IMG/VR virus record: IMGVR_UViG_3300038393_002601
Location: 1 to 57,257 of that record
Strand: one strand, 5' to 3'
DNA from: a virus
Taxonomy: Duplodnaviria > Caudoviricetes
DNA: 57,257 bases
Part shown: piece by piece, positions 10,076 through 17,378 of the stretch
How the letters are laid out: every line of letters begins with the position of its first letter
Numbering within the stretch: the stretch's first letter is position 1
Made by a program: the position numbers and the translations under genes
The notes under the pieces: model-generated
Database searches by the model: none
What the model was told of the DNA's origin: nothing
What the model saw: the letters and a program-made list of their open reading frames with translations, nothing else

Positions 10076-10399
10076 ATGGGATTTCATTCATACGAAGAAG
10101 TTAAGGATCAACTTGTTTTCTATCTAAATATCTGGCCGCACAGCAGAATACCACAATATTTAATGAACGAATTCTTCCAAGGGAATTTTGACGTCGTTGA
10201 TTACCAGGTTGTTCAAGCAACTAAGAGTCTTAAAGGGATAGCTGTACTGCTTAATATCTTAGGAAAACCTGCTGAAATTGATTTTGTTAAATCAGATAAT
10301 GCATGGAAAATTGCTGGAGATCATAGTCAACAATTATGTTTAAAAGAAAAAGAACTGCTTGAACATCCTAAGTTGCGGTTGTTATTTCTTACGCATTAA
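10076..10399 (+). CDS. Small RL-tail family protein
   Basis: RBS AGGAGG; ends LLEHPKLRLLFLTH. Confidence 0.75.
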   Translation: MGFHSYEEVKDQLVFYLNIWPHSRIPQYLMNEFFQGNFDVVDYQVVQATKSLKGIAVLLNILGKPAEIDFVKSDNAWKIAGDHSQQLCLKEKELLEHPKLRLLFLTH

Positions 10400-10449
10400 C
10401 ACTGAATATATTCAATGAATATAAATACTAAATATTGGAGGGTAACTTT

Positions 10450-11154
10450 ATGTTATTACTAGACCAAGAAATCGCGACCACGTGTGCTGCACGTAATCAT
10501 TGTAAATCTCACAATCAACGTTGCTGCGTTACATGTCCTTTGCACATTGATTTAAAACTGCAATTTGAGATGTCGGGGATTCCTAAACGCCACATGAAAT
10601 GGGACGCGGATACGCTGCCAGACGACACCTATCACTTACCAGTTCTCAAGCGTTGGTCCTCGAAAGATATCGAACTTGTGGAATCAGGCAAGGGACTTTA
10701 TTTGCACGGATCCGTTGGAACAGGAAAAACTACTGCGTTATCGGCTTTAGCCATTTCCTACATTGTACATAAATCTATCGCGGATATTCGTACCGGAGAA
10801 CACACGGAGCAATTAGTCCAGTTCATCAATGTTCCAGATCTGCTCGATTTAATTAAGCGTGGATTCGATAACCCAACGATTTCCGATGAAGCGAACGCAT
10901 TGCTTGAGCGACTGAAGCACGTTCCGCTTGTGATATTTGACGATATTGGGGCAGAACGACCATCTGAGTGGTCAAGAGAGCGATTATTGACGCTGATCAA
11001 CTACCGCTATGATAACGAAATGTGCACCTTTTTTAGTTCGAATTTGACGATTCCAGAGCTTGTGGAACAGCTCGGACCACGACTTCAAAGCCGTATTAAC
11101 GGTTCCTGTGCACCGCTTGCCTTTAACGGGCCAGACCGAAGAAAACTGTTTTAA
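10450..11154 (+). CDS. DnaC/IstB-like AAA+ helicase loader
   Basis: N-terminal Cys cluster; GSVGTGKT Walker A; IFDDIGAE; FSSNL; RLQSRI; DRR. Confidence 0.9.
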   Translation: MLLLDQEIATTCAARNHCKSHNQRCCVTCPLHIDLKLQFEMSGIPKRHMKWDADTLPDDTYHLPVLKRWSSKDIELVESGKGLYLHGSVGTGKTTALSALAISYIVHKSIADIRTGEHTEQLVQFINVPDLLDLIKRGFDNPTISDEANALLERLKHVPLVIFDDIGAERPSEWSRERLLTLINYRYDNEMCTFFSSNLTIPELVEQLGPRLQSRINGSCAPLAFNGPDRRKLF

Positions 11155-11177
11155 AAACTAAATTTAGGAGTGAGAGA

Positions 11178-12101
11178 ATGATAGTAAACAAAAGAAATGG
11201 CGTGAACTGGTCTACGTCAGGCAATGAGCGGTGGACGGTTTATAACAGTCGCAAAAACAATGATTCTAAAAAGGGAATTCCTGCAATGTTCGAGGAAATT
11301 GACGAAGTTGTGGGAGGTTATGAATTTGGTTCGGTGATTACGTTGATGGCCGCCACAGGACGCGGAAAATCATGGCTTGGTATTTTATCGGCATTGGTTG
11401 CAAACAATCATGGGTTTTCTTGCTTAATTGAATCAGGGGAAATGTCTGCTACTGAAGTTGAGTTTCGATTGGATACATTAAATGCTGGTTTTTCCAATCG
11501 AGGCTTGTTAAAGGGCTCACTTGAATTTCAAGATGAATTCGAGTATCTCAACTACACTTCAAGTTTTACGGAAGAACACTCCAAACGCCCGCCACTGATT
11601 ATTAAAACACCTGAAGATTGGCCGTATGGTTTGACGCTTCAACAACTGGAAAAAGACATAGACGAAACAGAAGCTCAATTTGTGGTCATTGATCAGTTTA
11701 ACTTGTTTCGATTTAAAAAAGCTACCCATGAAGAAAAGGCAGCACTAAGCAGACAACTCAAACAACTTGCAGCTCGAAAAGGGATTGTTATTTTCCTGCT
11801 CTGTCAAACATCTGGCGAATTCGTTAAGAATGAAAAGAAAGATGCCAAAGGAATCCAGGAGCTGCGGGCACCAGATTTATCTGCGTATGCTGAGACAATC
11901 GCTCTGCAGCAAGACTCCAATCTCTATTATTCGTTTCAATCCGTTGGGTACTATGATAAAAAAGATAACCGCTATCGGGGGAAAGCGGTCTTGAAAATCC
12001 TAAAAGCCAGGGCAGGCATTGAAGGAAACGATGAATTCATCCTGAACTGGTGTCCCAATGATGGGGTTATTAACGTTCGTAAACCTACAGATCTATATTA
12101 A
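11178..12101 (+). CDS. DnaB-like helicase, C-terminal ATPase domain only
   Basis: AATGRGKS Walker A, SGEM, VVIDQ, QD, KAR motifs; 307 aa with no N-terminal domain. Confidence 0.8.
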   Translation: MIVNKRNGVNWSTSGNERWTVYNSRKNNDSKKGIPAMFEEIDEVVGGYEFGSVITLMAATGRGKSWLGILSALVANNHGFSCLIESGEMSATEVEFRLDTLNAGFSNRGLLKGSLEFQDEFEYLNYTSSFTEEHSKRPPLIIKTPEDWPYGLTLQQLEKDIDETEAQFVVIDQFNLFRFKKATHEEKAALSRQLKQLAARKGIVIFLLCQTSGEFVKNEKKDAKGIQELRAPDLSAYAETIALQQDSNLYYSFQSVGYYDKKDNRYRGKAVLKILKARAGIEGNDEFILNWCPNDGVINVRKPTDLY

Positions 12102-12122
12102 AATAATTTTTTTATGTAAACA

Positions 12123-12147
12123 AGGACATTTCAAATATCCTAAAAAT
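12123..12147 (+). promoter_or_regulatory. SigH-like promoter candidate
   Basis: AGGA-N17-AAAT followed by AGATATCA, as at 19423. Confidence 0.45.
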
Positions 12148-12200
12148 AAATAGATATCACAAGTTTCGTACATAAAAAATACCAAAAATGGGGGATTCTC

Positions 12201-12857
12201 ATGTCTTTGAAAGATTTGATCATTGGCTCGGGTGAAACCGCCCGTAAAGCTGTTGACAGTCAACCGAAAAAGAAAACGAATTACATCCGCCTTAAGGATG
12301 GCCAAAGCGTTCGTGGTTTTCTGCTAACGACTGAAATCATTGCGTTTTTCCAACACGGGGATTTCGCGAATAAGATTCACTCGCACGTATGCACGAATCC
12401 ACGTCACGAATCGGGAAAGCAATGTTTAAGCTGCGAATACAACGTACCACGGTCGAAGGTTTGGCTTGTTCCCTTCTATGATATTGACGCTGGCGAAATT
12501 CGGGTTTTCGAGGCGAAGAAGAAGTATATGAACGGTATCTACAGTTTTATTGACCAGTACGAAGAAGAATCGACCACCACGCCTGTTGTTCTAACTCGGT
12601 CTGGATCAGACGCTCAAAGCACCACCTATACGCTTATGCCACTGCGTGTAAAACCAGCGGAAAAAGACTTGTTCGCGGTGCCAAATGTTACGATTGATGA
12701 TTCATTCTACGGTGATGTTCTGCAACCGCTTAGTGAAGAATATCATAAGCAGTTACTCCGAATAACTTCCAGTCAGGAAGAAGAATTCGAAGAGGAAACT
12801 GAAGTCGATCTACTTGACTCCCTTCAGAGCGATCTGTTTAAGAAAAACATGTTTTAG
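12201..12857 (+). CDS. Phage single-stranded DNA-binding protein (gp32-like)
   Basis: RLKDGQSVR, H-x-C..C-x-x-C, R-x-G..TTY-x-L-x-P, acidic C-terminal tail. Confidence 0.7.
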   Translation: MSLKDLIIGSGETARKAVDSQPKKKTNYIRLKDGQSVRGFLLTTEIIAFFQHGDFANKIHSHVCTNPRHESGKQCLSCEYNVPRSKVWLVPFYDIDAGEIRVFEAKKKYMNGIYSFIDQYEEESTTTPVVLTRSGSDAQSTTYTLMPLRVKPAEKDLFAVPNVTIDDSFYGDVLQPLSEEYHKQLLRITSSQEEEFEEETEVDLLDSLQSDLFKKNMF

Positions 12858-12871
12858 TATTACATAACCCC

Positions 12872-13050
12872 GTTAGTGTTCACTTTTACATATAGATTTT
12901 CTTCTTTAGTAAATTTATTATTTATTAACGATTAGTATTAATGATTATTATGTATTAACTATATTACTTACTACTTATAATAAAAACAATTACTATTACT
13001 AATTATTATTGTATATTCATTTTTACTATTACAATTCAGTGAACACTAAC
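12872..13050. other. Very AT-rich segment bounded by a perfect 13-bp inverted repeat, candidate lytic origin
   Basis: GTTAGTGTTCACT (12872-12884) and AGTGAACACTAAC (13038-13050) flank 153 bp of nearly pure A/T directly after the replication genes. Confidence 0.5.
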
Positions 13051-13086
13051 ATTGTTATATAAATATGTAGATACGAGGAATTTGTA

Positions 13087-13380
13087 ATGGCAAGGAATCC
13101 AAAAATGGTAACTATAGAAGGCGTCACCAAACCTCTTCGTGATTGGGCGGAGGAGTTTGGGCTCCGCCCCGTCACGCTTTATAATCGAATTTTTCGCGGG
13201 TATAGCGGTTCTTCTCTTTTGGAACCCACTAGAGAGAGGATGCCGAATATCAGCATCACGATTGATGGTGTTACTCGTACGTTGAATGAATGGTCTGAAA
13301 TCACCGGGGTTTATCGTCAGACGTTGTATTGGCGATATAAGCACGGCATGCGAGGCAAGATGCTGCTAAAAACTGAATAA
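13087..13380 (+). CDS. Tandem HTH DNA-binding protein resembling the C-terminal repeats of HNH homing endonucleases
   Basis: Two repeats TI(E/D)GVT..L.(D/E)W.E..G....TLY.R...G. Confidence 0.7.
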   Translation: MARNPKMVTIEGVTKPLRDWAEEFGLRPVTLYNRIFRGYSGSSLLEPTRERMPNISITIDGVTRTLNEWSEITGVYRQTLYWRYKHGMRGKMLLKTE

Positions 13381-13426
13381 ATCGGTAGAGAGCTAGTTTG
13401 CTAACTACCATTCAAGGGGAAGTCAG

Positions 13427-13852
13427 ATGAAATATATCCTAGAATGCTTCCTCTCTATCCTATCAACTCCAATCGCTTGGATTGCGATTATTTTTGGCTA
13501 TGGTGGTGTGATGCATCTGATTGAAGTTTATCAAAAACACCATCCCAGGAAAGTAACCGTCCAAGATGCCTGGGTGATACGGGATACCGAGGAAAAACAT
13601 TATCTTCTTTTTAACGATTTTAAGGGCAAAGATGATCTGTTGATCGGCACTTTCACGACTTTGGCTTTTACGATCGATAACGATAAAGGAAGATGCGGGC
13701 ATACCCACTATGTGACACTTAAGTTTGAAGTTGGTGAATGGGTTTTCTATTCGTTTGATTGCCCATTTACACATTACTGGGACAAACAGCATTTGGTAGA
13801 ACAGCTTCTTAACCATCCAAAAACACGGCTGCCGCTGCTGCTTGTTTCTTAG
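13427..13852 (+). CDS. RL-tail family protein with N-terminal hydrophobic segment
   Basis: TM-like N-terminus; ends LLNHPKTRLPLLLVS. Confidence 0.75.
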   Translation: MKYILECFLSILSTPIAWIAIIFGYGGVMHLIEVYQKHHPRKVTVQDAWVIRDTEEKHYLLFNDFKGKDDLLIGTFTTLAFTIDNDKGRCGHTHYVTLKFEVGEWVFYSFDCPFTHYWDKQHLVEQLLNHPKTRLPLLLVS

Positions 13853-13861
13853 GGGGAACCT

Positions 13862-14209
13862 ATGAAATTTGATTCTGGAATGGAAATGACCATGGCTTTA
13901 CGTTATGAACCGCATCGACTTAATCTTAATGATGGTTACGATATATTACGGTTAAAAAAAGAGAAGGTCATAAAACAATTATTTAATGGAGAGTTTGAAA
14001 TTGTTGGTTACGACCTAACTAATGTTGAACTCGATGATATAGATAAATGGCTGAAGGTAGGCATCAGGGTTGGTACTGAGGTGGTGGGTCTTTTTTATTG
14101 TAAAGGTCCTGCTGGTTGGTATCCAGATACTTATATTGAAGATGTACGATTGTTTCAATATGAGTTGATGAATCATCCTAAATTGCGTTTATTGTTTGTG
14201 GTGGAGTGA
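13862..14209 (+). CDS. RL-tail family protein
   Basis: Ends LMNHPKLRLLFVVE; LFNGEFEIVGY resembles FFQGNFDVVDY of 10076. Confidence 0.75.
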   Translation: MKFDSGMEMTMALRYEPHRLNLNDGYDILRLKKEKVIKQLFNGEFEIVGYDLTNVELDDIDKWLKVGIRVGTEVVGLFYCKGPAGWYPDTYIEDVRLFQYELMNHPKLRLLFVVE

Positions 14210-14213
14210 TGGA

Positions 14214-14426
14214 ATGAAAAAGAGATTGAAAAAGAAAATGAAGAAGAAAGCAATTAGCTCGCTTGATAGGGCATTGCTAGATATGCAGGCAATGCGTAAT
14301 GGGGAGAAAGAAAAAAGGGCATGGAAAAAAACAAAGGGTTCTTTGACTGGTCTTGTTCTGTATGGTGAAGATGGAGAAACGCTAAGTGAGTACATTTCTA
14401 GAAAGAGATATGAGGAAATGGAATGA
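14214..14426 (+). CDS. Small basic hypothetical protein
   Basis: MKKRLKKK start typical of phage ORFs; RBS GGAG. Confidence 0.65.
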   Translation: MKKRLKKKMKKKAISSLDRALLDMQAMRNGEKEKRAWKKTKGSLTGLVLYGEDGETLSEYISRKRYEEME

Positions 14427-14666
14427 ATGAGTAAATATGAAGTGGTATCTGCAGAAAAAGTAGAAGACGGATATGTTCTTGCACTGGATGTGCTACGTAA
14501 AAATAAAAGATATTATTTCGGAACTTTGCGTACAGATGAGGATTTTAATGTGATAAGCAAGTTTGATAACGAGTTTAAGAGTATCATTCAACCTTTTATT
14601 AATACGGAACGGACGGCCATTCTAGTAGGTGCTTACCCAGATTTAAAAACATATGGAATCATATAG
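14427..14666 (+). CDS. RL-tail family protein (subfamily B)
   Basis: FINTERTAILVGAYP. Confidence 0.7.
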   Translation: MSKYEVVSAEKVEDGYVLALDVLRKNKRYYFGTLRTDEDFNVISKFDNEFKSIIQPFINTERTAILVGAYPDLKTYGII

Positions 14667-14690
14667 ATTTTACTAGGGGGATTTAACAAA

Positions 14691-14861
14691 ATGCAGCAAG
14701 TAATCGAGCGGAAAAATACAAAAAAACATCAGTCTTCCAGGTTTGGAGAGTGGTCGGGTTATTTGTTCGAACAATATAAACAACAGGGGCTTACTGATCG
14801 GGATGCTTTTTTACAAGTGATTGCGAAAACCAATCCCAATAAAAACCATAAATATAAATAA
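14691..14861 (+). CDS. 56-aa hypothetical protein (not in ORF track)
   Basis: RBS AGGGGG, MQQVIERKN...NHKYK, followed by a terminator. Confidence 0.6.
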   Translation: MQQVIERKNTKKHQSSRFGEWSGYLFEQYKQQGLTDRDAFLQVIAKTNPNKNHKYK

Positions 14862-14863
14862 AG

Positions 14864-14893
14864 GAGCGAGGCTACGAACGCCTCGTTTTTTTA
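14864..14893 (+). terminator. Intrinsic terminator
   Basis: GCGAGGC/GCCTCGT stem + T tract. Confidence 0.7.
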
Positions 14894-14912
14894 TTGCTCA
14901 ATTTGAACGGAG

Positions 14913-15116
14913 GTGGCTGTTACGAGCGATTTGTATTATCTCGATATTTCCGTTGATGACGGCAAGTACACCATTACAAACGTCCCACACGTCAAGCGTA
15001 AGAATGGTGATTGGATCCGCAGTGTGTTTACGGAAGTTTGTTTATCGTCGCTGTACGTTTATATGAAACAAAACGATATTACAGAAATTGAATTTCCAGG
15101 AGAGTACAGAGAGTAG
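14913..15116 (+). CDS. Hypothetical protein
   Basis: 67 aa in operon; ITNVP motif; start uncertain. Confidence 0.5.
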   Translation: MAVTSDLYYLDISVDDGKYTITNVPHVKRKNGDWIRSVFTEVCLSSLYVYMKQNDITEIEFPGEYRE

Positions 15117-15127
15117 GGGGAAACAAA

Positions 15128-15343
15128 ATGACTAAAAAAGAGAAGTTCGATAAAGAGTTTTTAAAAAGTTCTCCAGTATCTAAGATGGTAATCGCTGTGA
15201 AGTTACCAAGCGGAGCCACGGAGCTGATTATTAATACAGAAAACATAATTGATAAATTCCTTTACTACAAGAATTCATATAACGATGATTTGAGTCTGAT
15301 TAATAATCCTGAAGTGAAAATCATCAATTATATGTTCGTTTAG
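15128..15343 (+). CDS. Conserved small phage protein
   Basis: ELIIN...K..YY..Y.DDL.L..N..(V/I).I pattern common in Bacillota phages; RBS AGGGGG. Confidence 0.7.
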   Translation: MTKKEKFDKEFLKSSPVSKMVIAVKLPSGATELIINTENIIDKFLYYKNSYNDDLSLINNPEVKIINYMFV

Positions 15344-15353
15344 GGGTGATTGA

Positions 15354-15620
15354 ATGAATTTCGGCCAAGCGTTAGAAACATTAAAAGAAGGTAAGAAGAT
15401 TAAACGTTCACATTGGAGCGGTTATATAAAATTTGGCACGTTGGAACTGAAGCAAACTCACAGTAGTATTCACGGAAATACCTTTCAATTAGAAATGAAA
15501 ATCAATTTATATGATTCTCGTTATGTAAATATCGACCACGATGAAGTAAAACCAGTAGCAAACACTTTTAACTTAGTTCTTGATGATTTGATAGCAGAAG
15601 ATTGGATGGTGGTTAAATGA
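15354..15620 (+). CDS. DUF2829 / Tad2-like anti-defence sponge protein
   Basis: MNFGQAL..LK.GKKI.R..W.G and D..AEDW.V signatures. Confidence 0.8.
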   Translation: MNFGQALETLKEGKKIKRSHWSGYIKFGTLELKQTHSSIHGNTFQLEMKINLYDSRYVNIDHDEVKPVANTFNLVLDDLIAEDWMVVK

Positions 15621-15922
15621 TTACTATGCAAAAATCAATTCCATCTTTTAACATTTCAAATGTGGAGATGACTCCTTTATTCAAATTACATTCCAGTGAT
15701 TATAAAACACTCATATGTTTTATAACTATTTATTTCGTTATAAAAGAAGAGCCTGATATTCGAAACTTTAGAACATTTTATTTCAAAAATGGTAAGTGGA
15801 ATATGTGTAGAAATGATTTTTATGATAAAGATTTAGAAATTCTTTTGTTTCATCCTAGTGTTCGATTAGATGTTCTGTTTCTTCCAGCGGAAGAACCAAA
15901 GAAGGTGGTGTTCAATGATTGA
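15617..15922 (+). CDS. RL-tail family protein
   Basis: KNGKW like KNGEW of 9410; LLFHPSVRLDVLFL. Confidence 0.7.
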   Translation: MITMQKSIPSFNISNVEMTPLFKLHSSDYKTLICFITIYFVIKEEPDIRNFRTFYFKNGKWNMCRNDFYDKDLEILLFHPSVRLDVLFLPAEEPKKVVFND

Positions 15923-16322
15923 TATCCGACATTTCATCGTTCCTGGGAGACCTTGCCCAAAAGAGCGTCCACGTTTCTTTCGCGGCAAAGCAATAACCCC
16001 GATGAAAACACAACATTATGAAGCAATAATTCGTAATGAATATCAAAACGCCCATGGAGATAAAACACCGTATGAGTGTGATCTCGAAGTGGGCGTTTTT
16101 GTTTTTTTAAATGATAGACGTCATGGGGACTGCGATAATTACGCCAAAGTCGCCCAGGATGCGTTAAATAAAATCGCTTGGAAAGACGACAAACTGATTA
16201 AACAACTCACCGTATACCTCGTGATAGATAAGAAAGAATCCACACGCCTCGAAATGGTCATTCAGCCACTCAATGATTCCTTCCGCGAAACCATCCAAAA
16301 CCAATTAGAATCCCATAATTAA
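15915..16322 (+). CDS. rusA: RusA-like Holliday junction resolvase
   Basis: G.P.PK.RPR, D.DN..K...DALN...W.DD..I motifs. Confidence 0.9.
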   Translation: MIDIRHFIVPGRPCPKERPRFFRGKAITPMKTQHYEAIIRNEYQNAHGDKTPYECDLEVGVFVFLNDRRHGDCDNYAKVAQDALNKIAWKDDKLIKQLTVYLVIDKKESTRLEMVIQPLNDSFRETIQNQLESHN

Positions 16323-16429
16323 GGTTCATTGTTCAGTAATACTTTTCAAGAAAAAAGTTTATAAACCAAAGAAGGACTTTAACGAAAAACTTTGCAACGA
16401 ATAATACCAACTTGCAAAGGAGAATTTCA

Positions 16430-16708
16430 ATGAAGTTTGATCTTGAATTTATCGATACATTTTTTCAACGCAATCACTATATGGTTTACCTTGCTGTCAA
16501 TCAAAACAAGGATAATCTTAACTTTTTTGTACAAGTAGATCCTGAAAGTTTTAAAGTCGTAGATATTTCTTGGTTTATGAGATTGATGGAGTTTTTGAAC
16601 ATGCCTAGAACGGATTGGTACATGTTTAAAGATGCCGTTGATCAATTCATTCATAAAAATCGTTTGGCCATTCTACTTACATCCCAGGAAGAGAAGTCAC
16701 ATGTATAA
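16430..16708 (+). CDS. RL-tail family protein (subfamily B)
   Basis: RBS AAAGGAG; FIHKNRLAILL. Confidence 0.7.
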   Translation: MKFDLEFIDTFFQRNHYMVYLAVNQNKDNLNFFVQVDPESFKVVDISWFMRLMEFLNMPRTDWYMFKDAVDQFIHKNRLAILLTSQEEKSHV

Positions 16709-17378
16709 GATAAACGATGAACAATTAAAAGAATGGATTAAACAAGCGAAAGACGGTGACCGCGAAGCAGCTGCAAGGATCGTGGAAACATGCAAACCTT
16801 TAATTCTCAAGCTGGTTTATAAAATGCCACTCCTTGTTGCTGGCTATAGTGCGGAAGATTTATTTCAAGAAGGGATGCTTCACCTTTACAATTCCATCTT
16901 TACTTTTGATCCAACAAAAGACGTACAGCCGACTGCTTTCTTTTATCACTGTGCAAGAAGAAAGCTGTATACGTTAATTCTAAAGTCGAGAAACCATAAA
17001 AATTCGGTTTTAAATACTAGTTTTTCGTTAGATCAAACGTTGAATGAAGCTGAAGAAACCACATATTACACTGTTATTTCTGCAAATGAAGCGTATGGTA
17101 CGCAAAGTCTATGCTACCATGACCCTGCTAAGTGTACGGATGTTAAAGAATCCTTACACCTGGCCAACGATTTTTTACATAACCAATGCTCGAAATTGGA
17201 ACGAAAGGTATATGAGCTTTATCTTGAAGGATATTCTTACGAGAAGATTGTAGAGACACTGCAACTTAAGAATATAAAAATGGTGGACAATACCATTCAA
17301 CGCGTCCGAAAAAAGTTAGGTACCTTTGATTTATATAATTATTCTCCAACTCCTTCACGGAAGAAGAGAATTCTATGA
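16701..17378 (+). CDS. SigH-like RNA polymerase sigma factor
   Basis: EDLFQEG, LN.S.SLD, S.LE..V..LYL.G.SY..I, DN.IQRVRKKL match SigH/Spo0H regions 2-4. Confidence 0.88.
   Translation: MYKINDEQLKEWIKQAKDGDREAAARIVETCKPLILKLVYKMPLLVAGYSAEDLFQEGMLHLYNSIFTFDPTKDVQPTAFFYHCARRKLYTLILKSRNHKNSVLNTSFSLDQTLNEAEETTYYTVISANEAYGTQSLCYHDPAKCTDVKESLHLANDFLHNQCSKLERKVYELYLEGYSYEKIVETLQLKNIKMVDNTIQRVRKKLGTFDLYNYSPTPSRKKRIL

Noticed and set aside
16373-16402. Fourth SigH-like promoter (AGGA...GAAT) upstream of the sigma genes
   Set aside because: Spacing is 22 nt rather than 17-18; left out pending TSS data
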